Counted from the first letter of the stretch, positions 40,301-56,330 are shown. The stretch: 64,000 nucleotides of DNA from Octopus vulgaris (GCA_951406725.2 OX597821.1:86862001-86926000); one strand, 5' to 3'. Notes: a model not told the origin generated them from the sequence alone. Numbers and translations are program-made.

Positions 40301-41372
40301 ATGGTTGTTCAATTGTTACCCAATCTTTCAAAGGGACAACAGAAGGTATATAGTTCTCAGTGTAGATCCCAATAAATCCTGAAACTCAATCCACTCATTT
40401 CAAAATCCAGTCAGTCTCGCTATAAAAACACAATGCTCATTACCAATTCTAATTTCTTCACCTCCACACTCTTTTCTAAGTTATATAATCTCATTTCTGA
40501 TCTGATGGGAAATCATATACTAAAAAAGAATATTGAGAATGTCAAATGTAGATCAAAAGTAAAAGACTCTTTAGTTTCTTTATAGATTTCGGAAAGTGGA
40601 TCAATGAATATTCCTAACTGTGGTTCAGCCAAGCGAAAATCCAGTATCAATCCAACAGCATGTATTTTCAGTGGGGCTCAAGCTATTTTAGAATTTGCTG
40701 TGACTTCTGACTGTTTACCATACGTGTGATTTGAATCTTGATCTAACTCACTGTGTTGAAACTTAAGAGAGTGGATGTAAATAACTGTTACTTCTCAACT
40801 AAGAAATTAGCTATTGCAAGTGAGTTGTGCATACCAATCATACCGGTTTCAACAATATGTTAATGTTAAAATTTGTCTCTCCTTTACCACCTCCCCTTCA
40901 ACCAAGCAATCTGTTTCACTCATATCATCATTAGAACCAGTTGAAATTTTACTTATAGGAATTAGCAGTCAATGCTAATCAGTGGTTAACAAATTGCACC
41001 AAAATTTGAATTTTATCCCTGAAAACAACAATCTAGATTTCATTTTCTTTTTCTTTTGCTGATTTGCAACAATGTCTTCTGCATGTATCCCAAAGCTGTA
41101 CAAACATCAAAATGCAGTATGTACTAAAGTGCACAAGAATGGAAATGAAGAGAAAGAACAAGAGGGAATGTAACATTTTTCACCCCATTCTGTATTGATT
41201 TTTATAAACTTTGATTGTTCGAGTGTGTTCGTGAGTGTGTGTATTTGTGTGTGTGAGAGACAGAAAGATCATAAGATAGGCAGACGATAGTAAAAATAAC
41301 TGCTTTCATTTCGGAGAAAGATTTGAGTACTGAACTGTCTCTGCAGCATTAGCTTGTGTGTGTGTGTGTATG

Positions 41373-41410
<38 letters not shown>

Positions 41411-41624
41411 TTAGGAATGATTGCTGATAAATGTTAAATCAATCAATAAAGTGTTAGAACGATCAATATTTGTATGAAAGATTGAAAAACTATTTTGCAG
41501 CAGAATGTTCTTTCCAGCTTTTATTGTGAGTTGTCTATCTTGTCAAATAAAGTGACTTAACTGAAAGTCAAAGAAATATATAATCATCTGTTATTGAACT
41601 GATACACTTTGGATAATTCCTGTC

Positions 41625-41667
<43 letters not shown>

Positions 41668-44600
41668 CAGTGAATTAGTTATTATAGGCCAACACACTGG
41701 TCTTCAACTGAATAAGAAAATATATATTGGTAGTTATATTCAGATTATTGCAAAACCCAAGTTGTCAGTGTTTAACCTTTTTAACCATAAATCCACTCAT
41801 AATTTGATTACTCTAAACTGTGGAAAGCAATTTTATGTATCAATCTATCTCTTGTTGAGAAATGAAACTACATGTTGGAAACTACTTTTTTGCTGAGATA
41901 TGTCAAATTTATTGAGGCAATGTGGCTAGCAGAAAATGCCAACTATTTTTTTTTTGGTAGATATTCAACATTATACTGGAATAACCATTGAATTTGATTT
42001 CACAGGTACTATTGATTAACTAACGTTAATAAATAATTACCTAGCAAGCATATATTAGCAACAAATCATAAGTAGACGGATACAAGTATATACTGACATC
42101 GGTATTTTATGCAATGTATGCCACAAAATGTTTCATCCACATGAAGACACATAAAAAAAGAAGAGTCAGTGTAGGAGCCTCTCTACAAAGTCACAGAAAC
42201 AGTTCAATGTAATTGCCACATCCTCCATATGGGTCTTTTTTTTTTGTTTTGTTTTTTTTAAATAGATTATGTTTTAAGTTTGAAATATTTGGACAACACA
42301 AGCATAAAAATACAATGGCTACAATAAATACTGGTTCAGTTATGAAGTTTAGAATACAGCAACATTTTATGTTTTTTCTATTACATATCTAATGATATTG
42401 GTTGTCACTGATCAATGATCCATCAGTGACTTCTGTGCCAACAATCTGCTCAAATAAACCAACTAAACTACTTAGCAATAATCTATAACCACTTCACTAT
42501 CGTATATCTACAACTACAACCAATTTGCTTTCAAGAAGAGAGCAAAGCAGCTGTCATTATGATAACTTCCTGAAATAAAATTTTCCATCCCACATTGCAG
42601 ATGCATCGTCCTGACAATTTCTAATCCAAGACTCATTAGAAAATAGCAGTGATACAAATTCACATTACTTTTATCACTAACTGATTAAAAGTGGTTAAAC
42701 CATTATATATTTATTATCTTACAGTAGTACTAGTAGTAGTAATCATACTAATAGGAGCAATGGTTGTAAAAGTAGGTGAGAATTACACCACTGAATGTGC
42801 TACCAGGACAAAATTTTCCAACCAACAAAGCAGAAGTACTACCAAAATCACTACCACCATTATCATCATAATCACCAATGACTATCAGGTCAAATCAACT
42901 ACTAGTTGACCTAGCATTGCATTTATTGTAAATAAGAGTTTTTCCTATTTTCAATTGTTCTTAGTAATATTACAGTGAGTAAAAGGTGGTGCTCCAAGTC
43001 TGAATTCTGCTAAGACTGACTTTGTCTTTCATCTTTTCGGGATCGATAGAATAAATAAGTACCGGTTGAGAACTGGGGTTGATGTAATCGACTTGCCAAC
43101 CTGCCTCAAAATTACTGGCCTAGTGCCAAAATTTTGAAACCAATATTTCTCTCAGAGTTTAAATTCAGATCAACGTTGCCTTTCATTCTTTCAAGGTAAA
43201 TCAAATAAAATAAAGTACCAGCAGAATTCTGAGGTCACTTTAATTAACCAACACCTTCCCACTCAAAAAAAAAACAAAAAAAAAACAGATTCTGTGTCTA
43301 AATTAGAAATGTTTTTTTTTTATTTACTAACATCATAAATAACATTCAAATCTGAAATAACTCAGCTTAAAGTGGCTGAAGCATACAGCAAGTCAAAAAC
43401 AACCATCATATTCTCAAACTGTGAATTCAGAACAAGTTTAGAGCCTCAGAGAGATTGTGATGGTGGTAACAATTCACATTAAGTACTTTAACTGGACTTT
43501 AGCTATAGTGATAATTACTTAATTTTTTAATATGATTAAGACAATATCACAAAATAATAGAGAGGTGCATATAACTGCTTTGGTCTGAACCGCAGAGAGA
43601 AAACAAAGTTAATCAATATTTTATTTATATTACAGAAATGTGCTTAACTGTTTAAAATACTTATAAATATGTGATTAATCTTACTCAGGGACAGGGATGG
43701 AAGTAAAATAATTTATAGAATTCTCAGATTATGTTTTCCAAAGGTTTATGGTACCAACTATAAAAATGGTACAATGACATAAAACTTAATTTTCAAAATA
43801 AGAAAGTTTAAGATTCTTCTCAAGTATTTTAAAATTATTTTTTTATTTGTAATTATTACTGTTGTATAAAACTTTTTTTTTTAATATTGGTCGTTTTTTT
43901 TTTTAAGTTTGTATTGTGAGGTAATGGACAAAACTAACCAGTTGTAAGAGGGGAAAACATGAAAAGCAAAGAAAAAAAAATGAAACAAATAGAAAATTTA
44001 ACCTTAATAACACCAAATTAAAAGTGTTATAGGCTGTGAAGGAAGAAAGATGTGTGTGTGTGTGTATGTGTTTGTGTGTGTGTACACACATACATAAGAA
44101 TGTATATAAATATATGGGAGTATAAAATGAAAGACTGTTGACATAGGACAGCAAAGTTTTCGGAAAAAGATGGGAGGAAATATTCATGATAAACCAGGGT
44201 ATATTTTAGAAATCAGATGGTTAAAAATGATAAGTGAAAGAAATGTAATACATTAGCTTAAACTAGCTCCAACTAGCAAGTGGTTAAAACTAACCCAAAG
44301 GTATTTCCTACTCCATACACCAGTAGATCATCTCAAAATCAGTGATAAAAATTTTTAATATAAAACCCTATTAGCATACTTCAAGATTCTCCTTGCTTAT
44401 AAGACTGTCCACATCCTTAAAGGTAAAAGGAAGTAAAAAAAAAAAATAAAGCACCCTAAGAAATACTTACTTTATTTTTGACCTGGTGTATACCGGCTAG
44501 AAATGTAATTTCAGCTAACATCAAACAGAGAACCAGGTTTTTATGGATAGTGTTTCGACTACTTTGCAAATTCCTGCAGACAGAGAGAAAAATTATGGAG

Positions 44601-47580
44601 ATGTAAATTAGATGAAGATTGTTTCTTTTTTTCTTTATTAATTGTTTTTTTTTAATGTTCTTATTTATCTGCTGGTTTTGTTCCATTTACATAAGGTTGT
44701 AGTATTAGGTTAATTTGCGTCTGAATCCATACTTTCAGACTATGTTTTGGTTTGATGGTTGGGTTTGTTAAGTGAAAAGATAGGAACAGTTTGGAATAGT
44801 CATGTAAGAAATTGAACCAAATGGAAGAGTTAGGTTAAAAACATAAAATAAAAAAAGTGACCAAGATCTCAGCACCTATAAATAAATCCATTCTAGTAGA
44901 TATTTCAGAAGCCATGGTCTTTCATTACCAGTTTATCTTTATTAGTCATTGAGAAAATTTCCAAGGAAAAATACAGAAAAAGAACAGTGGAATTTTATTT
45001 TTTCTGTCCCTGCCTGTTTTTACTATAGCAAGAGAAAATCAGTTTTTTATGAAAAGGAGTCAAAGATCTGTAGAAATGAGTGTACACTAAATCAACAAAA
45101 GAGGTATCAATTAAAACTGCCAAGAATAATATGGTTGCTTCTTTAATGAGCTAAGATAGGATGCCAAAAAAAATCTCAGCAGGTTACTTGAGATACAAAG
45201 TGATATTCTGACAACTGTGATATCAACTAGGAGTCAAGAACTATAAGAGAATATGAGCCATAGACAAGGCTTGGAACAACAAGATGTCTCTGAGTGTCCC
45301 ATGTCTTTATACTGCAAAAAAAAAAAAAAAAAATCTACTTAAGTAATGGCTGAACAGGCTCCTCCTTTCTAAATGCTGCCATAGATGAAAGGCAGCACCA
45401 TCCACTCCCAGTCCTCAAAAGAAGGTAACTGTTATGGAATATGGCAGAGAGACACGTAACAAGTGGAGAGAGGGAAGGAGACTCAAGTTATTAATGAGTT
45501 ATAAAGCAGATTCGGATCTTTTCCTTTTGAACAGCAAATGTCAACACAATTTCTAGTTAACTAAACACTTTTAAACTTCGTATACTGGTAGAATGTGTTT
45601 ATGAAACATCATTTTTTCTTGGCTTTATTGAGAAAATTTTATGGTTTGTAAGATATTTCGTCTGAAAATCTGAGCATTTCGGCAATTTTAACCAATCGAT
45701 TACCTCCATTCAACTAAAATCATTTGCTGCGTCTAAAACTGAGACAACATCCTGTAACTAACCCTAAACCTCCCCACTAACCCTAACCCTAAATTTTTTT
45801 TCTTAATTGTTAAATTAATTTAATTCTATTGCTTTAGTTTTTTTTTTACACGTGTAACAAATTAAATTAATTTAACAATTAAGAAAAAAAAATTTAGGGT
45901 TAGGGTTAGTTACAGGATGTTGTCTCAGTTTTAGACGCAGCAAATGATTTTAGCTCAAAAGAGAGCATAGGATTGGTTAAAATTCGAAAAATTAAACTAC
46001 ATTAAACAAACAAATTACAATTTTCTCAAGAAAGCCAAGAGAAAAAAGTTTTATTTTGACACATTCTACCAGTATACGAAATTTTAAAGTGTTTAGTTAA
46101 CTAGAAATTGTCTGCCGTTCAAAAGGAAGAGATCTACAGATTCTAAAGAACTTGATACATCATTTTCTTAACATATCACTAAAGTGGCCCACTCTGTGGA
46201 GACAGCCATCCAACCATCTTCTCTGTCCACTATTCCTGAGAAGGTCATGGACGATATAGTCTTCAGGCACCTCATCAATAAGGTCCTATCAGAAGCAACC
46301 GTCATTAGACTTTCCTGCTGAATTTCCAAAGAAAACCAACAGAGACAATAGATATTCTCCAAACGTCTCATTCTTGGTCTACCCCTAGGTTTTCCTTCTG
46401 AGACATTTGTCTGAAAATGTTGACCATTAATTAACACAATTTTCAAGAGCAAAGATCATCAGAATATCACAATTACCCCAAATCCTAGATTAACTAGTAG
46501 CCTTAGTGAGTCTGAATTCTGTTATAATAAGCAGAAAGTATGGACTGTCTTGGATTTTCATAATGTGAACTTCATGGATGGATTTATTAGGTTATAACCA
46601 AAGGAGCACATGAACTTAAATATCCAAGATGAGTTGTGGTCATTCAGCTCAGAATTTTGTAGACTGTTTACTGTATATTCAGAATGTATATTTATGATAT
46701 TTATATATACACTAAATCTTAACTGACATCAGGCATTTTATTCCTGATGACAATCGGTAATTAGAACTGACTGAAATAAGGTGTGCGTAGGGTATATATT
46801 ATGTTTTATAAACTCTAAAAATGAGTTTAGTAGTCTGGAAGATTATATGATTTATGAACAATAGCATCATTGGTTACAGGTTTCCAATGGGTCAACACTA
46901 GTTTGGTGTATTTATAATGATTGTCTGTGTACCTGGGTAGAACAATTATTACAAGGGACTTTGATTGAAAGAACTGGTTTATTTCTTTTTCTTTCTTCAT
47001 ATTGCTTAAAGAAACACAAACCCACATGCATATATATATCATCATCATCATTTAGTGTCCGCTTTCCATGCTAGTATGGGTTGGACGGTTCAACTGGGGT
47101 CTGGGAAGCCAGAAAGCTGCACCAGACCCAGTCTGATATGGCAATGTTTCTACGGCTGGATGCCCTTCCTAACACCAACCACTCCGTGAGTGTAGTGGGT
47201 GCTTTTTACGTGCCACTGGCACAGCTGCCAGATGGGGCTGGCAAACGGCCATGGTCGGATGGTGCTTTTTACGTGCCACCGGCATGGGGGCCAGGCAAGG
47301 CTGGCAATGGCCACGATCGGATGGTGCTTTTTATGTGCCACCGGCACGTAAAAGGCACCATCTGATATTTATCATCAAAATAAATATCAAATGGAATAGT
47401 TGTGATACCTGTGCTGGTGGCACATAAAAAGCACCCACTACACTCATGGAGTGGTTGGCGTTAGGAAGGGCATCCAGCTGTAGAAACACTGCCAGATCAA
47501 ACTGGAGCTTGGTGCAGACCGTGGTCGAACCGTCCAACCTGTGCTAGCACGGAAAACGGACGTTAAACGATGATGATGAC

Positions 47581-47615
<35 letters not shown>

Positions 47616-50600
47616 CAATATCTAATTGTAAAGGGAACATGTAGAAGGAGTAGAGAAAGGACCTTCAGATGTTGGGACTCACAGAAGGGATGACAGGGGA
47701 CAGAGGCTTCTGGCAGTTTGCTGTGCTTCAAAAGATACCTCAGGCTAAGTAAGACTGTGGTTGTCCTTGCATACAGGCATGTCCCCTGCATTCCTCTCCA
47801 CTCGAGCAGGGTCATGGGTGCTGTCAGACTGTTCCATCCATGTCAGCACGAAAGGCGGATGTTAAACAATGATGATGACACACACACACACACATACACA
47901 CACACAGTGGGCTTCCCTATAGTCTTCATCAACCAAATTTCATTCAAGAGGTATTGGTCAATATAGGGCTATGACAGAAGGCACTTGGCTGAAGTGTGGT
48001 ACAGTAGGATCAAACTAGGAACCAAACAGCCGTGAAACAAATTTATTAACTACAAACCATGCCTGCTTCTATGTCTCTGTGTTCTATTTAGCATAATCCT
48101 CATTCATTGAATTATCACTTACATGCCATTAGACTGAACACAAATTAAGAATGAAATAGTCAAAGGCTAGGATAGAACACAGAAACACACACACAAAAAG
48201 CCTGGTCCAGAAATCCAGAAAACTTTAGTCATTCTTCTAATGAATAACTCATTTTACAAATTGAAATATAAGTGCAGGCATGGATGTGAGGTTAAGTAGC
48301 TTGCTTTGTAACCACATGGTTTCAGGTTCATTTCCACAGAATGGCATCCTGGATGAGTGCCTTCTACTATAGCCCTAAGCTGACCAATGCCTTATGAGTG
48401 AATTTAGTAACTGGAGACTGTGGTGAAGCCCATCTATGCATATATGTGTATGTCTTGGTGTTTGTCCCATCACCACTTAGCAACCAGTGTTGGCTTACGT
48501 ATGTCCCCCATAACTTAACATTTTGGCAAAGAGACCAATAGAATAAGTACCAGACTTGAGTACTGAGGTCGATTTCTTAGACTAAACCCTTTTAGGATGA
48601 TGAACCCAGATGGCTGCAGTCTAATGACTGAAAGAAGTTAACAATGAAATGTATAATATGAAATGGTGCTGGATGTTAAATATTTTGGCAGTGGAGTGAT
48701 TGTTTATAATTAAATGCTTGACCATAGAAAGACAACAAATAGTAGCACTCAGGTCAGGGGTTGCAGGTATATGCCATTGCAGTGGGTTATTGCATTCACC
48801 ATTTGTTAGCATATTCTGGTGTCCTCCCAGGTGACCCATTGAGCAGAGTATCAGTCAGACTCCATCTCTGTGAGATGCTGCATCTGCTCAACCCTGTAGC
48901 ACTCCAACATAATGTGCTGTTGCCAAGGTTAATAATTTCACCACAGGTTTTGTTAACTTTCATAAATGGCAAGCCTTGTCGATAATTACTTCTTAAATGA
49001 CCCAACACTGATCAGAAGCTGGATGCAGACGTCTGTGTGAGTGCAAGGGTGAGCACGTGTATTATGTCTGCCTCTGTGTAATATTTAGGAGAGGGCGCAC
49101 ACTCTCCTACCCTGATGTAATCTACAGGGATACAGGCATCCAGCAACAGGACCTCCGTAATGCCATGATGGACCGTGAAGTCTGGCGTAGCATGGTAAAT
49201 TCCATTGTCTCGACCACGGTCAAACAATGATGATGATGATGTAATATTTAGACCTAATATACAAAAGCAAAAGTGAAATATGCAACAGGTTAAGATGTAG
49301 ATATTTGAGTCTTATCTGAGAGTTAGTCAAATTGAAGGGTAATGAAGAAACCAGTTTGTGAATAGAGTTAAATGGTAATGGTACCAGGAAACAGGTGCCT
49401 GAAAACTTGCCTGATTAGAAATGTCAATTGAAAAGTAATATAACAAGAAACTGCTAAAGGTTAGTAAAATAGCTGATGGATTAGTAAGTTTTGTTAATTT
49501 TTTTTCTTTTTGTTTTGCAAAGAGGATTAGAGAGGATTAAAGATGAAGCAAAAGAATATGCAAAAATAGAAGTGAGTATTGAGAAAATTTAAAAGTAAAA
49601 TGCAATCCAATGAGTGATAATTGAGATATAGAAAAGTTGGGAGTTAATAATTGAATATGCACATATGTACAACTTGAAAGTCTATTGTATTTTGTTTAAA
49701 AGTTTTAAGGAGAGAGGCATGGGAAGAGAGGCAGGAGAGAGAGAAAAACAATATCAGAGGGCGTGGAAGATATCAGGAGATAGTCTAGAATGAAAGAAAG
49801 AGAGAGAGAGAGAGATGTATTAAGTTGACTGTCAAATATTCCATGCAGTAGGTAAGAGCAGGAAAAAAGTACCAGTTTAGAAACCAAATTCTCAGCAACT
49901 CTACAGTTTGCTGCCTATATTAAAATGTAACACTCTACCAACTTGCCAACCATGTATAGGCCAAAATAAAACTTGCCCACTATAAAAACACTATGAACAC
50001 AAAACAATATAGTTTTCTTCAAACGTACCAACACATAATATGTTAGGAGTAAAGTGTAAATCTCTGATGCAGTTTTGAGAAAAAAAAAAAAAATGACCAA
50101 AATTTATTAAATACTAAAATTATTGAAAAAGAAATCAAATTTATGCTCCTCAATGTTACAGAATAAAAGAAAGCTTTTAGAGGGGCAAATCAGTCACATG
50201 ATTTTAGTTTGTGGTTTGCAGTCATTTCGTTTCACTTGTATTATTATATAAATATATATATACACACACACATATGCGCACACACACACACACACACATA
50301 TATATATACATACACATATATACATATATATGTATATATTCTTATGTAGCAAATATTTCTCAATCTGAAATGAATTCTGCAATCAGCCATAGGCTTTTAA
50401 ACTTTCTTTACGTCCGTTTCAAGGAAATTTGAATAATGGAATCATTACAGACCCTAAATACACAAACTTTAGTTGTATTCACTTGGCAAGTAGTACGATC
50501 TGAGATTGTATATTGAAACTGTAACAGTCACATCACAAAAGAGTCATTTTAATTAGAGAAAAGTTATTTAAAAAAAAAAAATATTGAATTCACTTTCTGT

Positions 50601-51094
50601 TATTTCTTGAAATGTCAACATTTGTCACATACACTTCCGTGACCAGGTCACTTATACAATTTCTGTGTCAGTGACCAGGTTGAAGAAGTACAAGAGAAAT
50701 TTGAACACCCCAAAAGTAAATGAGTAGTGAATATAGCAATTTATGTGTATTCTTAAATGGCTAAAATACTTCTTTCATGATATAGTTGACAGGAATTTTA
50801 ATTTAATAAGAAAAAAATGATTATCTTTAAAAACAGTATGATGACTATACTCAATTCAGATCGATCATTAACAGAGAAAATATAATCAAACAAAAGACTC
50901 GTTTCATATCACAATTTGGGATATAAAATTGTTGGTTACAGATTTCAAATCATTAATTCACTACATTTTTAGATGGTGAGAGTGAGAAGGGATTGTTTTA
51001 GCAAGTTGGGCAAAACAAATATCATTCAGGGAATTTTCATTCAAAAGCACTGGATTTTTCTCTGTGCGTTTCTTTATTCATTCATTCCTCTATC

Positions 51095-51128
<34 letters not shown>

Positions 51129-54100
51129 CGAAACTACTTGGTGGAATTTATTAATTATAAATTAATAATTTTTTACCCTATATCTATAATGATTATATAT
51201 ATATATTGGACAATTACTATCTGCCTAATTCCACTCAAATACCAGTAGTCAGAACAACACACTTGACCATAGTGCCACACAAATAGAATTGAACCCAGAA
51301 CCATGTGGATATGAAGTGGACTTCTTCAGAACACAGTCATTTCATGGTTTACTTGTTAGAAAATTTCTTTGTACATTCTAATACTCCTGATGCCAAATAC
51401 TTAACTAGTAGGTAGAAAGAATCATTTAAAGTTTTTTTTGCAGAGGTAAACTGAACAAGCAGGTTGTGAACCTCACTCAATTGCACAACTAAGACTTGAA
51501 CCTATGACATTGTAGTTTATAGTCTAGTATTATACCTCACAGCCATTGTGCCTTATCACAAAGTTGAGTTCATTTAGACAAACTGGTTAAAACTTTCAGA
51601 AAATGTATTTTAAGATAGTAATATTTTATTTAACCTTTTTGTCACCATATTTCTGTTGAAAAACACTGCTTTTGTTTCAATTAAATAAAGAAGGATTTAT
51701 TGAAATAATTTTGTTATTATTAACCCTTTTGTTACTGTATTTATTTTGAGATGCTCTGTGTTTCTTTCAATTACTTTAAATATAACAAAGAATTTAATAA
51801 AATAACTTAGTTATCATTCAGCTAGTGTCAGGAGCATAAATTGTGACTATGGTTTGGTGGAAGATTTTAATTCAAAACTTATGAAAACAAGAAATTTGTA
51901 CTCAGAGCCAGAACCGGTTTCAGCCGGGTTGGTAACAAAATGGTTAAACTGGTTTTAGAAATATAAATTAACTAATTTGATGGAAAGTTGTAATTTTCAT
52001 GATTTTGAAATAGGAAGTTTGTATCATAGAATGAGGAGTGGTGTGGTCTCAGATGGATTAGCATTAAGTGGATTAAAGAAATGGCTGAATTGTGAGGGTG
52101 CTAGCTTACAAGGCAAAGTATTATAATATCAGGACTCAATAAAAATTGTGTTGAGTTCTTAAATAAAGATGTTTGATTTCATTGGCTCAGTTTACTAATT
52201 AGACAATACCATAGGTAGAAATAGCTAATTACTTTAATCAGAAATTTACAAGCATTAATTAGATTGCAATCCCTAGTTCTGGTAAGCTAGAAAAGTGGAG
52301 ATGCATACTATAAGTGTTACAGTCATTAAAAGTAATGATCACTCTTCAAATTGTGTGACAAATCAATATAATCAATACTTTATTTGAGGCCCCCAATGTC
52401 TTGATTGGTGGTTTTATGTTTGCTGGAAAGATTGAATGGGTTCTAGAAGAGACCATTCAGTAAACGCTTGCAGAAGAAATAACAATCAACTGAGGTTTTG
52501 CTCTCATTGTTTAGCCTCAACCTTGAGCCAATATACTCATGATCAAAGATGTTCAAGCCACCTTATTATATAAGTATATTATTCAATGTATCTGTCTTTT
52601 TTATATAAAGAGGGTAGGTATGATTTGAGGGAGAATTAGCTGCAACTTCTCACAGACGTAGCAACCACATAGAGGTTCCTTGTTTGGCATTATAATCTGA
52701 ATATTTAGAGTTTAATGAGTCCTAAATTGTCACATCATTTAATGTTCATGGGTTGGGCAGACTTTGTTAAGGTGGATTTTTCTACAGACAGATGCCCTTC
52801 CTGTTGCAAACTCAACTGTTTCCAAGTAAGGTAATATTTCTCCATGACCAGAAATATCTTGGAAGATAGGATACAAAGAACATCGCTTGTGTGATGAGGA
52901 GACTCACAACTATCATGTAATGTCAAGGCAAGGAGTCAGTAAACACACACACATATACACATATGATGGGCTTCTTTCAGGTTCCAACTACCAAATTTAT
53001 TCACAAGGCTTTGGTTGGCCCAGGACACTTGTCCAAGGTGCCATGGAACTAAATCCAAAACCATGTGATTGGGAAGCAAGCTTCTTACTACATAACCATA
53101 AATACTGACAATATTTGAAAGGCACACGTCTTAAAAATTGTACTTAGTCAATATAGGGAAAAATCTTATTTTGTTTAATGACAAATTAATTGCAAGCATG
53201 AAAGACAAACAAGTTGGTTCTTTTATAGTTGTTTTTAACAAATTGTGGAGCAGAAATATATTCTGCTGGCCAATAATTTAGATCTTTTTTCATAAAAGGC
53301 AGCAATAATTTTTTTTATCATAGTTACTGCTGGATTCAACAAAGCATAAAGAGCCCCTTTGGTCATGAATGACCATGAGATTGCACCGATGTTATCCAAG
53401 GTAGCTTGGCACTAGTGATGTCGCAACTCATTTCTACAGCTGAGTGAATTGGAGCCATGTGAAATAAAGTGTCTTACTCAAGAACACAACATGCAGCCTG
53501 GTCTGGGAATCAAACTCATTTCCTCATTTGGCAGCTCTTTAATAATAACATTTGGTGCAACAAAAAGCCATTTTAAAATAAAGCTTTGATCTTAGTCTTG
53601 CATACAAATCTAGGGAAAGTAATTTTACCAAAACAAAACACAGAAAACAAAGTACAAAAAATTTTTTTTTTAAATTTTTAGATTTGAAGATTGCAAGGAA
53701 AACTTGAAGGCAGTTTTACTCAAAGGATAAGAATTAGCAAATAAGGAGTAGTTTCCACAGATAGCTATTTTTTTTTTATCTAATACCTCTTCTGTTGCAC
53801 ATAATGAATTTCATAGAATACTTCTGGATATAAATTTTGTGATTATAACAAAATTGTAGGATGGAAAATTGCATTGTTAGTAAAAGTTATTGGCTGTACC
53901 TAAATATTCATTATCATTTTGTTTCCATGGTGAGACAGATATATTCTGGTCAACAGGGCCAGACGTCCAGTTTATTGGAGAGAAAAGAGAAATTCTAGGT
54001 TGAATCAAATAATACTATCTTTAAGTGTTGCAATATTAACTCCAATCACTGTCTTATATAAAAATATGTCACTCATTTCCAAATCCTTCAATATATTTCT

Positions 54101-55265
54101 ATATATTTAGTGGGAAAATTATGTAACACATCACAGAACTATTGAATTATTTAATTCTATAGGAGTATATTTCCAGCTTTGATATAAAATAAATTGCATT
54201 GTCTGACTGTAGCTTATGTTGATAATTAAATTGGCCAGTTGTATGTTCTCTCTGGAGATTATAAAATTAGTTATGTCAGAATATAGTGGCTATAATCCAT
54301 TTGTATTCAGAGTTAATTCATATATACTATGGTGTTATTTTCCACATACACTTTATAGCAAATCACATCCACAGACTGCATGATGACTTCTTTTAGATAT
54401 CAGAAAGATATATAGAGAGTCTGTCAACATCATGGTTCTAACCACATCAATGTTGAATGTGATTAAAATGAAATCATGATTAATCACTTGTTAGATATAC
54501 ATATTCTCTCAAGTGATTTTAGAAATCTAAATGATTTTAGGGCAAGGCTAAAAATCTGGTCTCAAGCATTTGTCTTATGAAGAAAGGCTGAAGATGCTTG
54601 ACCTTTATTCTCTAGAAAAACGACGATGCCGTGGTGATCTCATTCTCGCTCACAACATCATAAGTGGAAAGTGTAACCTCTTGAAAGAGCTGTTCTTCAC
54701 TCCTGCTCCAGAGTGTCGGCTGCGGGGTCACTCCAAAAAGCTCTATCTGCGACGATTTCATCTCAATTGAAGGAGAGGGGCTTTTTCTGTCCGGGTTGCG
54801 GATCCGTGGAATAAGCTGCCGGACGAGATAGTGAAGATGCCGACGACCGCTCGGTTCAAAGTCACTCTTGACCAGAAATGGCCTGAACTCTTTGCATAAA
54901 CACCCTCCCTGTATGTAACTCCATGTCTCCATGTCCCCCTACATGGCCTTGCTTTTTGAGCCAAAAACTTAACTTAACACAATATGTACTGACTAATATT
55001 GACATTAGTTAGCTATGTTAGGAGAGAAGGAATAAAGAGCAGTTTTACAAAACTGGAGCACACTTAAAGACATTGTGAAGAAAAATGTACTAATAAATTA
55101 GGAAAGGATGCAAACCGCAATCTCATATTCTATACCCTAATGGCCTAGTTAATATTAATAATAATATGAATAATGTTACTGAGTAATGAGATGAATTACA
55201 CATACCTTCATACTACATTCATATTACATACACAATACATACAAATACATACAATATGCACATGA

Positions 55266-55299
<34 letters not shown>

Positions 55300-56330
55300 C
55301 ATCATTTTTACATCCATTATTCCATGCTGACATGAGTGAGACTACATACATATACGCACATATGCACAGTGACTACTGAAATAATATTCCTGAACTTGTA
55401 CAACACACACACAGATAGGTGTGATGGGCTTCTCATAGTTTCCAACTAAGAAATTCACTCACAAAGCATTAGTTGATCCCAGGGTATAGTAGAAGACACT
55501 TGCACACAGGGTGGCAGACTGGGACTGAAACGGAAATCGTCGAGCTACAAAGGCAACATTCTTAACCACATAACCATGCTTGCACCTGTATACATACACA
55601 GGTAGAAAGTTATAGAAGAATATTCTCGTTCTCATGTCTGTGGCAAAATAGGCTCAGACAGCTATGCCTGACCATGGTGAAAATATTAGATTGCATGGAA
55701 ACAGGTGAAGACAGGAAGGGAATTCAGCTGTAGAAAATGTGCCTCAACAAATTCTGTCTGACGCATACAAATATGGAAAAGTCAAGGTTAAATTTTGATG
55801 ATGATTGTACACATTATATATATATATATGTACAAATGAGATGCATATAAATCTATACAGACATACATCTATATATATACACATATACATACATATGTAC
55901 AAACATACATACACATACATATGTATATACATACATGTATATATACATACACACACACATATATATATATACATACATATATATATATATACATACATAC
56001 ATATATATACATACATACATACATATATATACATACATACATACATACACATACATACACATACACACACATACATACATACACATTAATACACATACAT
56101 ACATATGTATATATACATATACATGCATATGTATATATACATATACATGCATATCTATACACACATGTATATATACATATATACACACATATGTATATAG
56201 ACATGTATATATACATGCATATGTATATATATATATATACATGTATATATACACACATATATACATACACATACATATATATATACACATACAAACATAT
56301 ATATATATACATTTATATACATACATTTAT

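Noticed and set aside
45758-45911. Inverted telomeric repeats as a chromosome fusion scar
   Set aside because: Only 2-3 units per side, embedded within the arms of a TSD-bounded MITE
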